The notes under the pieces were generated by a model. That model was not told the DNA's origin, did not search any database, and worked only from the letters and a program-made list of their open reading frames with translations. 64,000 nucleotides of DNA from an uncultured Oscillospiraceae bacterium (lineage in GTDB: Bacteria > Bacillota > Clostridia > Oscillospirales > Oscillospiraceae), in contig CAKTOF010000003.1 in NCBI GenBank assembly GCA_934589675.1, positions 6,865 through 70,864 of the forward strand. The letters are read 5' to 3'. Every line of letters begins with the position of its first letter. Within the stretch, counting starts at the first letter, position 1. Shown here in pieces: positions 16,441 through 26,633 of the stretch. Both the position numbers and the translations under genes were made by a program.

Positions 16441-16943
16441 AGCACATCGGAACCAAAACGCTGACGCACATTGCGCTTCTGTCCGCGCTTGCGCTTGGCC
16501 TTTATGTGCTTGAAGCGCAGATCCCGCTGCCGCTGCCCGGCATGAAGCTCGGGCTTGCAAATGTCGTGACCCTCGCGGCCATGCGGCTGCTGGGCCGCCG
16601 TCAGGCGCTCGCCGTGCTCGCGGTGCGGCTTTTCCTCGGCGCGTTTGTCACGGGCAATGTTGCGGCGCTGGCATATTCGCTGTGCGGCGGCGCGGCGAGC
16701 TTCGCGGTCATGGCGCTCACCGTCGGCCATTTCCCGGAAAGGCAGACATGGGTCGTCAGCGTGCTCGGCGCGATCGCGCATATGGCCGGGCAGATGCTCG
16801 TGGCCGTGTATGTGACGGGGACGGCGTACATTCTCTCTTACGGCCTTGTCCTGACCGCCGCCGCCATCGCCGCGGGCGCGCTGTGCGGCGTGTGCGCGGA
16901 GGGACTTTGCCGCGCGCTGCGGCAGATCGGAAGCCGACGGTAA
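16437..16943 (+). CDS. Gx transporter family membrane protein (heptaprenyl diphosphate synthase component I-like)
   Basis: 168 aa, 5 TM. ALALGLYVLEAQIPLPLPGMKLGLANVV is typical of this family. ATGA overlap with the upstream gene. Confidence 0.55.
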   Translation: MKHIGTKTLTHIALLSALALGLYVLEAQIPLPLPGMKLGLANVVTLAAMRLLGRRQALAVLAVRLFLGAFVTGNVAALAYSLCGGAASFAVMALTVGHFPERQTWVVSVLGAIAHMAGQMLVAVYVTGTAYILSYGLVLTAAAIAAGALCGVCAEGLCRALRQIGSRR

Positions 16944-16960
16944 AATCCAGAAAAAATCTC

Positions 16961-16989
16961 TTGATTTTCTCTGAATGGCATGGTATGAT
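16961..16989 (+). promoter_or_regulatory. Promoter of rplS, followed by a ~100-nt structured leader (possible L19 autoregulatory leader)
   Basis: TTGATT (16961-16966), 17-nt spacer, TGG-TATGAT (16984-16989). The leader function is inference only. Confidence 0.6.
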
Positions 16990-17093
16990 ATTCAGGCTTG
17001 TGAACAGGATGGTCCTCTGCCGCCGCCGGTTCTTCGGGATTGCGGCATTTCCCGTGCGGTATGAACATCTGAAAAGAAGGGAGGACAAGTAAA

Positions 17094-17435
17094 ATGGATC
17101 TGATGAAAGCACTGACCGATCAGTACAAAAAGCCGGAGCTTCCGGAGATGAACGTGGGCGACACCGTCCGCGTGCACGTCAAGATCAAGGAGGGTTCCCG
17201 CGAGCGTATCCAGGTTTTTGAGGGTACGATCATCGGCAAGAAGCATGGCGGGATCGAGGAGACGATCACCGTTCGCCGCGTCACGTTTGGCGTCGGCTGC
17301 GAGAAGGTCTTCCCCGTGCATTCTCCCAACGTCGTCAACGTGGAGACCGTTCGCCGCGGCAAGGTCCGCCGTGCGAAGCTGTACTATCTGCGCGACCGTG
17401 TCGGCAAGGCCGCCAAGGTCAAGGAGAAAGTCTGA
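17094..17435 (+). CDS. rplS: 50S ribosomal protein L19
   Basis: 113 aa. [32 protein letters not shown]...[18 protein letters not shown]. Confidence 0.97.
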   Translation: MDLMKALTDQYKKPELPEMNVGDTVRVHVKIKEGSRERIQVFEGTIIGKKHGGIEETITVRRVTFGVGCEKVFPVHSPNVVNVETVRRGKVRRAKLYYLRDRVGKAAKVKEKV

Positions 17436-17453
17436 AAACCGCATAGCTTTGGA

Positions 17454-17482
17454 TAAAAAAAGGGGTGCAAACCCCTTTTTTT
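17454..17482 (+). terminator. Intrinsic terminator after rplS
   Basis: AAAAAAAGGGGT-gcaa-ACCCCTTTTTTT. Confidence 0.85.
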
Positions 17483-17550
17483 ATTTTTATCTTCAGTGTA
17501 TAATAACTCGCAAGGCGCGCCGCGCCTTATTTTTGGAAAGGGGCGAGGCA

Positions 17551-18135
17551 ATGGAACTCGAAAAGGAAGGCTCCGCGGCAAAAAAGCCGGAGGAGAAGAA
17601 CCCGCCGGGCTATGAACTCTACACATGGCTGCATGATCTTGTATTCTGCCTGTCCTTTGTGACGGTGTTTTTTGTATTTTTTATCCGCCTTGTCGGCGTG
17701 TCCGGCCCGTCCATGACGCCGACGCTCTTAAACGGCGACAATGTGGCGCTGCTGAGCAATTTCTTCTACCATGAGGTCGAGGCCGGCGACATCGTCGTCA
17801 TGCGCATCCCCTCGTTCGACGACCAGCCCATCGTAAAGCGCGTCATCGCCAAGGGCGGCCAGACGGTGGACATCGACTTTGAGGCCGGCGTCGTCTATGT
17901 GGACGGCAAGGCGCTCGAGGAGGACTATATCAACGACCTGACGCACTTGAATTACGCCGACGGCCTGAGCTATCCCGTCACGGTCCCGGAAGGCTGCCTG
18001 TTTGTCATGGGTGACAACCGAAACGAGTCGGCTGACAGCCGCTATGGGCCCATCGGCCTCGCCGATGAGCGCTATGTGCTTGGAAAGGTGCTCGCCATCG
18101 TGTGGCCGCTCGGCCGCTTGGGGCTTTTGAAATGA
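17551..18135 (+). CDS. lepB: Signal peptidase I (LepB type)
   Basis: VSGPSMTPTL Ser box, VKRVIAKGG Lys box, GDNRNESADSR box. ATG 17551 chosen; the longer ORF from 17218 overlaps rplS. Confidence 0.9.
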   Translation: MELEKEGSAAKKPEEKNPPGYELYTWLHDLVFCLSFVTVFFVFFIRLVGVSGPSMTPTLLNGDNVALLSNFFYHEVEAGDIVVMRIPSFDDQPIVKRVIAKGGQTVDIDFEAGVVYVDGKALEEDYINDLTHLNYADGLSYPVTVPEGCLFVMGDNRNESADSRYGPIGLADERYVLGKVLAIVWPLGRLGLLK

Positions 18136-19004
18136 GCGACGTGCAGAACATCCAGTGGTATCCGGGCCACATGACGAAAACGCGGCGGCAGATGGAGCAG
18201 GACTTAAAGCTCGTCGACGCCGTCTGCGAGCTGGTCGACGCGCGCATCCCGCGCGCCAGCCGCAATCCGGACATCGACGCTATCTGCGGCAGCAAGCCGC
18301 GCATGATCGTCCTGAACCGCACGGACATGGCCGACCCGAACGCGACAAAGCGCTGGGGCGACCATTTTCGCGCGCAGGGCTTCGCTGTCGTGCAGACGGA
18401 CTGCAAATCGCGCAGGGGATTAAATGACTTTGCGCCCGCCGTGCGCGCGATGCTCTCTGACAAAATCGCCGCGTGGCGCGAAAAGGGGCAGGTCGGCCGG
18501 AGCGTGAAGCTCATGATCGTCGGCGTGCCGAACGTCGGGAAGTCGACGTTCATCAACCAGATCGCCGGGCGCAAGGGCGCCAAGGCCGAAAACCGCCCGG
18601 GTGTCACGCGCGGCAAGCAGTGGGTGACGGTCGGGCAGGGTATGCTGCTGCTCGATACGCCCGGCATTCTGTGGCCGAAATTTGACGATCCGGAGGTCGG
18701 GATGCTGCTGGCCTACACCGGCGCGGTCAAGGACGATATTTTAGACCTCGAATCGCTCGCGTGCAGCCTGATGTCGCTTTTATGGGCGCGCTACCCGGAC
18801 GCGCTGCGCGAGCGGTATAAGATCGACTGCGCGCCGGGCGCGCCCGGCTATGAGCTGCTCGAGGCTGCGGGGCGCAAACGCGGATTTCTGCTGCGCGGCG
18901 GCGAGATCGACACCGAGCGCATGGCGCGCATCCTGCTCGACGAATACCGCGGCACGAAGCTCGGCCGCTTTACGCTCGAAGAACCGGAAGGGGAGAAAGC
19001 ATGA
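18132..19004 (+). CDS. rbgA: Ribosome biogenesis GTPase A (YlqF/RbgA)
   Basis: IQWYPGHMTKTRR start, circularly permuted G motifs (NRTD ... GVPNVGKST ... DTPG). ATGA overlap with lepB. Confidence 0.9.
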   Translation: MSDVQNIQWYPGHMTKTRRQMEQDLKLVDAVCELVDARIPRASRNPDIDAICGSKPRMIVLNRTDMADPNATKRWGDHFRAQGFAVVQTDCKSRRGLNDFAPAVRAMLSDKIAAWREKGQVGRSVKLMIVGVPNVGKSTFINQIAGRKGAKAENRPGVTRGKQWVTVGQGMLLLDTPGILWPKFDDPEVGMLLAYTGAVKDDILDLESLACSLMSLLWARYPDALRERYKIDCAPGAPGYELLEAAGRKRGFLLRGGEIDTERMARILLDEYRGTKLGRFTLEEPEGEKA

Positions 19005-19615
19005 GCGAATTAAACCTCTGGCAGTATGAGGACGCGTGCTTTGACCGCGGCTTCAGCTGCGTCTGCGGCATCGACGAGGCCGGGCGCGGCCCGCTGGCCG
19101 GGCCCGTGTGCGCCGCGGCCGTCGTTTTGCCGAAGCATCTGGAGATCGAGGGCCTCAATGACTCGAAAAAGCTCTCCGACAAGCGCCGCCGCGCGCTCTA
19201 TGACGTGATATGCGAGCAGGCCGTCTGCTGGTCTGTTGCGTTCGCGGATGAAAAGGAGATCGACGAGATCAATATTTTACAGGCGACATTTCTTGCCATG
19301 CGCCGCGCGCTGGATGGCCTGTCCGTCCACCCGGACATTGCGCTCGTCGACGGCAATCGCGATCCCGGTCTTGGCGTCGAGACCGAGACGATCGTCGGCG
19401 GCGACGGAAAAAGCGCCTCCATTGCGGCCGCGTCCATCCTTGCGAAGGTGACGCGTGACCGGCTCATGGAGCAGTATGCTGAGCAGTATCCGGCCTACGG
19501 CTTCGAGATCCACAAGGGCTACGGCACGAAGCGGCACTATGCCGCCATCGCAGAGCACGGCCCGTGCCCCATTCACCGGATGACGTTTTTGAAGAAGTTC
19601 TATGAGAAGCAGTAA
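19001..19615 (+). CDS. rnhB: Ribonuclease HII
   Basis: GIDEAGRGPLAGPV ... DSKKL ... conserved RNase HII motifs. 4-nt overlap with rbgA. Confidence 0.92.
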   Translation: MSELNLWQYEDACFDRGFSCVCGIDEAGRGPLAGPVCAAAVVLPKHLEIEGLNDSKKLSDKRRRALYDVICEQAVCWSVAFADEKEIDEINILQATFLAMRRALDGLSVHPDIALVDGNRDPGLGVETETIVGGDGKSASIAAASILAKVTRDRLMEQYAEQYPAYGFEIHKGYGTKRHYAAIAEHGPCPIHRMTFLKKFYEKQ

Positions 19616-19967
19616 TCTCTCCGGCCGCTGGGGCGAGGCGATTGCGGCGGAGTATCTGCGAAAAAAGCACTATGAGATCGTCGCCTCCGGCTATCGCTGC
19701 CGCTTCGGCGAGATCGACCTCATCGTGCAAAACCGGAAGTACATCGTCTTTGTCGAGGTCAAGCTGCGCAAGAGCGCGGAGTTTGGCCGCGCGATGGAAT
19801 ATGTGGACGCGCGAAAGCAGTCGCGCATCCGCACGACGGCGGAAATCTATCTCTCCGAGCACGAGACGGCGCTTCAGCCGCGCTTTGACGTCGTTGAGAT
19901 CTACGCCCCGCAGGGTCCGGAGACAAAGCGGCCCGAGCTGTATCATCTGGAGGACGCGTTTTCATGA
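19602..19967 (+). CDS. YraN family endonuclease (UPF0102)
   Basis: 121 aa. GRWGEAIAAEYLRKKHYEIVASGYRCRFGEIDLIV...VFVEVK. Confidence 0.85.
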   Translation: MRSSNLSGRWGEAIAAEYLRKKHYEIVASGYRCRFGEIDLIVQNRKYIVFVEVKLRKSAEFGRAMEYVDARKQSRIRTTAEIYLSEHETALQPRFDVVEIYAPQGPETKRPELYHLEDAFS

Positions 19968-20896
19968 GCTTTCCTGTTTTCGACGCGCACTGCGACACGG
20001 CCTATGAGCTTCTTCGCACCGGCGCGCTGCTCGGCGCAAATGACTGCCACATCAGCTTAGAGCGCATGGAGCGCATCCCCGGAAGCGCGCAGTTTTTCGC
20101 ATTCTGGACGGCCGACCCCGGCGCAAAAGAACCGCCGGAGCAGCTGTTTCACGCTATGTACGACGAGCTCATCCGCCAATTATCGCTCTTTTCCGGCCGC
20201 ATCCGCCTGTGCAGGACGGCGGATGATGCGGCCAGAGCCGCGGAGGAGGGCAGAAGCGCTGCGTTTTTGTCCATCGAGGGCGCGGAGGCCATCTCCTGCG
20301 ACCCTGAAAAGCTCGAATCGGCGTATGATATGGGCATCCGGATGATCACGCTGACGTGGAACGAAAAAAACTCGCTCGCGGGCTCGCACATCACGGGCGA
20401 AGGGCTGACGGGCCGCGGCCGCGCGTTCGTGCGCGAGGCGCAGCGGCTCGGGATGCTTGTCGACGTGAGCCATCTGTCCGAGCGCGCGTTCTGGGACATC
20501 GCAGACATCACGGACGGCCCCATTGTGGCCAGCCATTCCAATGCCCGCGCCGTCTGCCCGCACTCGCGCAATCTGACGGACGCGCAGTTTTGCGAGATCG
20601 TCCGCACAGGCGGCTTCGCCGGGCTCAATCTCTACGCGGAGTTCTTAGGCCGCGGCCGCGTGACGGCCGAAACCGTCGCCGACCACGCGCTGCACTTTAT
20701 TCAGCTCGGCGGCGCCGGACACATTGTTCTCGGCGGCGACCTCGACGGGTGCGACCGCCTGCCGGAGGGCTTTGAGGGCTTTGACAGCTACCCGCTGCTC
20801 GCCCGCGCGCTTTTGCAGCGCGGCTTGGACGAGCGGACGGTGCGCGATATTTTTTATGACAATCTGATAAAGGTAGTGAGATCATGCAGTATTTGA
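19964..20896 (+). CDS. Membrane dipeptidase family (peptidase M19) protein
   Basis: 310 aa. FDAHCDT start, LTWNEKN, VDVSHLS, ASHSNAR motifs. Confidence 0.8.
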   Translation: MSFPVFDAHCDTAYELLRTGALLGANDCHISLERMERIPGSAQFFAFWTADPGAKEPPEQLFHAMYDELIRQLSLFSGRIRLCRTADDAARAAEEGRSAAFLSIEGAEAISCDPEKLESAYDMGIRMITLTWNEKNSLAGSHITGEGLTGRGRAFVREAQRLGMLVDVSHLSERAFWDIADITDGPIVASHSNARAVCPHSRNLTDAQFCEIVRTGGFAGLNLYAEFLGRGRVTAETVADHALHFIQLGGAGHIVLGGDLDGCDRLPEGFEGFDSYPLLARALLQRGLDERTVRDIFYDNLIKVVRSCSI

Positions 20897-22371
20897 GCAC
20901 AAGAGACGAAAAGCTCCGCAAGAGCGCAGCTGAGGCCATCGTTATGGGACTTTCACGCGACGGCGGGCTTTACACGCCCGTGAGCTTTCCGCGCCTGCCA
21001 GACGGTGCGGTGGAGTCGCTGGCGAAGCTGCCGTATGCCCAGCGCGCGGCGAAGATCATGAAGCTGTTCCTCGACGAGTTTTCCGAGGAAGAGCTGCTCG
21101 GCTTCACGGAAAAGGGCTATGCCTGCCCTGAAAAGTTCGACGATGCGGCGGTTGCGCCCGTCGTGACGCTCGGTGAGAGCACGCATATGCTCGAGCTGTG
21201 GCACGGCCCGACGTGCGCGTTCAAGGACATGGCGCTGCAGATGCTGCCGTATCTGCTCACGGCCTCTCTGAAAAAGACGGGCGAGACGCGCACGGTCTGC
21301 ATCCTTGTCGCCACGTCCGGCGACACGGGCAAGGCCGCGCTCGAGGGCTTCCGCGACGTTGCGGGCACGAAGATCCTCGTGTTCTACCCGAAAGACGGCG
21401 TTTCGGACATACAGAAGCTCCAGATGGTCACGCAGGAGGGCGAAAACGTCGGCGTCTGCTCCGTCATCGGCAACTTTGACGATGCGCAGACCGGCGTCAA
21501 GCGCATCTTCTCGGATGAGGCGCTGCGCGCAGAGCTGGACGGCCGCGGCTACTTCCTCTCGTCGGCCAACTCCATCAACTGGGGACGCATCCTGCCGCAG
21601 GTCGTCTACTATATCTCCGCGTACTGCGACCTTGTCGCGGCCGGGAAGATCCAAAACGGCGACAAGCTCAACTTCTGCGTCCCGACCGGCAACTTCGGCA
21701 ACATTCTGGCAGGCTTCTTCGCCAAGCTCATGGGGCTTCCTGTCGGCCAGCTCATCTGCGCGTCGAATGAGAATAACGTCCTGACGGACTTTATCTCCAC
21801 CGGCGTATATGACCGCAACCGCCCATTCTATGCGACGAGCTCGCCGTCCATGGACATCCTCATCTCGTCGAACCTCGAGCGGCTTTTGTATCTGCTGTCC
21901 GGCTCGGACGAGGAGGTGCGCGGGTACATGGACTCGCTGAACAAGACGGGCCGCTATGAAGTCTCGCCGGAGCTTCGGGAGAAGATCGGGCAGACGTTCT
22001 CGTGCGGCTGGTGCGATGACGTGCGCGTGGGCAAGACCATCGCGGACGAATTTGCGCGCAGCGGCTATCTCATGGACACGCACACGGCTGTTGCCTACAG
22101 CGTGCTGGCCGATTACCGCGAAAAGACGGGCGATGAGACGCCCGCCGTCGTCGTCTCGACGGCCAGTCCGTTCAAGTTCTGCTCGAGCGTGCTCGGCGCG
22201 CTCGGCGAGACGGAGCTTGCGCCCGGCACGAAGATCCTGACGCAGCTTGCGGACAAAACCGGCAAGCCCGTTCCCGCGCCGCTCGGCGCGCTTGCAGGAA
22301 AGAGCGTGCGCTTTGACGGCGCGGCGGACAAGTCGGCCATGGAGGCAGTCGTGCGGGAGTTCCTGAAATAA
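20884..22371 (+). CDS. thrC: Threonine synthase (long form)
   Basis: 495 aa. MQYLSTRD start, PLP-lysine motif GPTCAFKD, ATSGDTG. Confidence 0.92.
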   Translation: MQYLSTRDEKLRKSAAEAIVMGLSRDGGLYTPVSFPRLPDGAVESLAKLPYAQRAAKIMKLFLDEFSEEELLGFTEKGYACPEKFDDAAVAPVVTLGESTHMLELWHGPTCAFKDMALQMLPYLLTASLKKTGETRTVCILVATSGDTGKAALEGFRDVAGTKILVFYPKDGVSDIQKLQMVTQEGENVGVCSVIGNFDDAQTGVKRIFSDEALRAELDGRGYFLSSANSINWGRILPQVVYYISAYCDLVAAGKIQNGDKLNFCVPTGNFGNILAGFFAKLMGLPVGQLICASNENNVLTDFISTGVYDRNRPFYATSSPSMDILISSNLERLLYLLSGSDEEVRGYMDSLNKTGRYEVSPELREKIGQTFSCGWCDDVRVGKTIADEFARSGYLMDTHTAVAYSVLADYREKTGDETPAVVVSTASPFKFCSSVLGALGETELAPGTKILTQLADKTGKPVPAPLGALAGKSVRFDGAADKSAMEAVVREFLK

Positions 22372-23060
22372 TGGCGCTCTACGCCATCGCCGACCTTCAT
22401 CTCTCGCTCGCTTCGGACAAGCCCATGGACGTGTTCGGCGGCGCATGGGAGGGCTATGTGGACAAGCTGCGCGAGGGGCTCTCCGTCATCGGCCCGGACG
22501 ACACGACCGTCCTGCCCGGCGACCTGAGCTGGGCGCTGAGCCTTGACGAGGCTGAGGCGGATTTCGCGTTCATGAGCGCCATCCCCGGCCGGAAGATCAT
22601 CGTCAAGGGCAACCACGACTACTGGTGGTCGACTGCGAAAAAGTTTGAGGATTTCTGCGCCCGGCACGGCTTTGAGAATATGCACGTGCTCAACAACAAC
22701 TGCTATTTCTACGGCGAGACGGCGCTTTGCGGCACGCGCGGCTGGTTTTTTGAAGAGGAGCGCGGCGACGGACACGATGAAAAGGTGTTCCGCCGCGAGC
22801 TGGGCCGGCTCGAGACGTCGCTCAAGGCGGCAGGGGAGCACGAAAAGCTCTGCTTTCTGCACTACCCGCCGAAATACCGCGGCTATGTGTGCCGCGAGAT
22901 CCTCGACCTCATGGCGCGCTACGGCGTGAGCGAGTGCTATTACGGCCATCTGCACGGCGCGAGCCACCGCCTGGCCGTTCAGGGCGACGGCATGGGGCTG
23001 AGCCTGCATATGGTCTCGGCGGACTATCTCGGCTTTCGCCCGCTGAAGATCCGGGACTGA
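22371..23060 (+). CDS. Metallophosphoesterase family protein
   Basis: YAIADLHL ... GDLS ... GNHDYWW ... HYPP ... GHLHG metal-binding motifs. Confidence 0.8.
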   Translation: MALYAIADLHLSLASDKPMDVFGGAWEGYVDKLREGLSVIGPDDTTVLPGDLSWALSLDEAEADFAFMSAIPGRKIIVKGNHDYWWSTAKKFEDFCARHGFENMHVLNNNCYFYGETALCGTRGWFFEEERGDGHDEKVFRRELGRLETSLKAAGEHEKLCFLHYPPKYRGYVCREILDLMARYGVSECYYGHLHGASHRLAVQGDGMGLSLHMVSADYLGFRPLKIRD

Positions 23061-23178
23061 CGGGTTTTCACGGCCCTGAAAAAAAGACTGGAAATTGCGC
23101 ATGTTATCTGATAAAATAGAACAGCTGTTTCTAAAGAAATTACCGGCCCGGTCAAAGGCCGGACAGGAGGAACCATCA

Positions 23179-24645
23179 ATGACTGTGAAGAATCTTGAAA
23201 AAAATGAGGGCGTCGTGACGTTTGTCATGGATGTCGACAAGGCGCAGTTTGACGCCGCCATCGAGAAGGCTTACCGCAAGCTCAAGGGCAGCATCAATGT
23301 CCCGGGCTTCCGCAAGGGCAAGGCGCCCCGCAAGATCATCGAGGGCATGTTCGGCGCGACCGTTTTCCACGAGGACGCCATCAACGAGATGTTCCCGGAG
23401 CTCTATGACGAGGCCATTGCCTCCGAGCAGCTCAAGGTCGTCGGCATGCCGTCCATCACGAATGTGAACTATACCGACGGCGGCCTGGAGCTGACCGTCT
23501 CCGCCGATCTGTACCCGACGGTCGAGCTCGGCGAGTACAAGGGCCTCGAGGTCGAGAAGGAGGCTGTCTCCGTCTCCGACGAGGATGTGGACAAGGAGCT
23601 TGCCCGCATGCAGGAGCGCAACGCCCGCATCACGACGGTCGAGCGCCCGGCCAAGGACGGCGACACGGTCGTCATCGACTTTGAGGGCTTCATCGACGGC
23701 GTCGCCTTCGACGGCGGCAAGGCCGACGGCTACAGCCTCAAGCTCGGCTCCGGCTCGTTCATCCCCGGCTTTGAGGACGGCTGCATCGGCCTGTCCGCCG
23801 GCGACGAGAAGGACGTCGAGGTCACGTTCCCGGCCGACTACGGCGCCGCGGAGCTTGCCGGCAAGCCGGCCGTGTTCAAGGTCAAGGTCACCGAGGTCAA
23901 GGAGACCGTCCTGCCGGAGCTCGACGATGAGTTTGCCAAGGACGTCTCCGAGTTCGACACGCTCGCCGAGTACAAGGCCGACATCCGCGCCAAGGAGCTG
24001 AAAAAGCGCGAGGACGAAGCTGAGAACAACTTCAAGAGCGCCGCGCTGAGCCGTGCGATGGACAACATGAAGGTCGAGATCCCGAACTCCATGGTCGAGC
24101 AGGAGCTTGACAAGGTCGTCGAGCAGTACGGCTACCAGATCCAGATGAGCGGCATGAGCATGGAGCAGTACCTGCAGATGATGGGCACGGACGCGAACGG
24201 CTTCCGCTCCACGCTGCGCCCGGTCGCGCTCGATCAGGTCAAGAGCCGCCTGCTTCTTGAGAAGATCGCCGAGGTCGAGAACATCACCGTCTCCGACGAG
24301 GAGGTCGAGGCCGAGTTTGCGTCCATGGCCGAGCAGTACGTCATGGACGTTGACAAGGTCAAGGAGTATGTCGACGCCGAGGATCTCCGCCGCGACCTTG
24401 GCTACCGCAAGGCGCGCGACCTGATCGCCGAAACCGCCGTCGCCGTTGCGCCGAAGCCGGAAGAGGAGAAGGCCGAGGAGGCCCCGAAGAAGAAGTCGAC
24501 CCGCAAGCCGGCTACCAAGAAGGCCGAGGCCGAGGAAGCGGCTGAGGGCGAAGAGGCTCCGAAGAAGAAGCCGGCCGCCAAGAAGACGACGAAGAAAAAG
24601 ACCGAGGAAGCTGCCGACGAGGCCGAAAAGCCCGCAGAGGAATAA
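23179..24645 (+). CDS. tig: Trigger factor with K/E/A/P-rich C-terminal extension
   Basis: ATG 23179 after GGACAGGAGG. GFRKGKAP ribosome-binding motif, FKBP-type PPIase core (VVIDFEGFIDGVAFDGG). Has an extra ~65-aa low-complexity tail. Confidence 0.93.
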   Translation: MTVKNLEKNEGVVTFVMDVDKAQFDAAIEKAYRKLKGSINVPGFRKGKAPRKIIEGMFGATVFHEDAINEMFPELYDEAIASEQLKVVGMPSITNVNYTDGGLELTVSADLYPTVELGEYKGLEVEKEAVSVSDEDVDKELARMQERNARITTVERPAKDGDTVVIDFEGFIDGVAFDGGKADGYSLKLGSGSFIPGFEDGCIGLSAGDEKDVEVTFPADYGAAELAGKPAVFKVKVTEVKETVLPELDDEFAKDVSEFDTLAEYKADIRAKELKKREDEAENNFKSAALSRAMDNMKVEIPNSMVEQELDKVVEQYGYQIQMSGMSMEQYLQMMGTDANGFRSTLRPVALDQVKSRLLLEKIAEVENITVSDEEVEAEFASMAEQYVMDVDKVKEYVDAEDLRRDLGYRKARDLIAETAVAVAPKPEEEKAEEAPKKKSTRKPATKKAEAEEAAEGEEAPKKKPAAKKTTKKKTEEAADEAEKPAEE

Positions 24646-24699
24646 GTTTCCTGTCTCCCGGATAGAATCAGAGGGTATCTTTGAAAGGAGATCTTGTTT

Positions 24700-25281
24700 A
24701 TGAGCTTAGTTCCCTATGTTGTGGAGCAGACGAGCCGCGGTGAGCGGTCGTATGATATTTACTCCCGCCTGCTCAATGACCGCATCATCATGCTTTCCGA
24801 GGAGGTCAACGACACGACGGCCAGCCTGATCGTCGCGCAGCTGCTCTACCTCGAGGCGCAGGACCCGGATAAGGATATCCAGTTCTACATCAACAGCCCT
24901 GGCGGCTCCGTCACGGCCGGCATGGCCATCTATGACACGATGCAGTATATCAAGTGCGATGTGTCGACGATCTGCGTCGGCATGGCCGCGTCCATGGGCG
25001 CGTTTCTGCTCTCGTCCGGCGCAAAGGGCAAGCGCCTTGCGCTGCCGAACGCCGAGATCATGATCCATCAGCCGTCCGCCGGCACGCAGGGCCAGATCAC
25101 GGATATGGCCATCCACCTGCGCCGTCTGGAGATCATCAAAAAGCGCCTGAATGTCATCCTCGCCAACAACACCGGCAAGCCGGTCGAGCAGGTGACGGCT
25201 GACTGCGAGCGCGACAACTTCATGACCGCCGAGGAGGCCGCCGAATACGGCCTCATTGACAAGGTCATTTACCAGCGCTAA
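24700..25281 (+). CDS. clpP: ATP-dependent Clp protease proteolytic subunit
   Basis: [22 protein letters not shown]..., catalytic GMAASMG, IMIHQP. ATG 24700 lies 9 nt after AAAGGAG. Confidence 0.97.
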   Translation: MSLVPYVVEQTSRGERSYDIYSRLLNDRIIMLSEEVNDTTASLIVAQLLYLEAQDPDKDIQFYINSPGGSVTAGMAIYDTMQYIKCDVSTICVGMAASMGAFLLSSGAKGKRLALPNAEIMIHQPSAGTQGQITDMAIHLRRLEIIKKRLNVILANNTGKPVEQVTADCERDNFMTAEEAAEYGLIDKVIYQR

Positions 25282-25308
25282 TTTTCCAAAGGCAAAAGGA
25301 GGACAATT

Positions 25309-26565
<1,257 letters not shown>

Positions 26566-26573
26566 AAGAACGA

Positions 26574-26611
26574 AACGCCGCACGGAGGGTGTCCTTTGTG
26601 CGGCGTTTTTT
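26574..26611 (+). terminator. Intrinsic terminator after clpX
   Basis: AACGCCGCAC ... GTGCGGCGTT followed by TTTT (14-nt loop). Confidence 0.6.
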
Positions 26612-26633
26612 CCATACAGGAGTGATTATACCC

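Noticed and set aside
17497-17535. Possible promoter (TATAAT at 17499) plus attenuator hairpin AAGGCGC-gcc-GCGCCTT-ATTTTT in the lepB leader
   Set aside because: The stem is short and there is no clear -35 box. It could simply be a second back-up terminator for rplS, so the evidence is insufficient for a regulatory call.
17218-17550. 5' extension of the lepB ORF back to 17218
   Set aside because: It overlaps rplS in another frame and crosses the rplS terminator. ATG 17551 gives a normal LepB N-terminus.
20953-22446. 497-aa minus-strand ORF opposite thrC
   Set aside because: Antisense shadow of a confidently identified gene, with an Arg-rich composition and no motifs.
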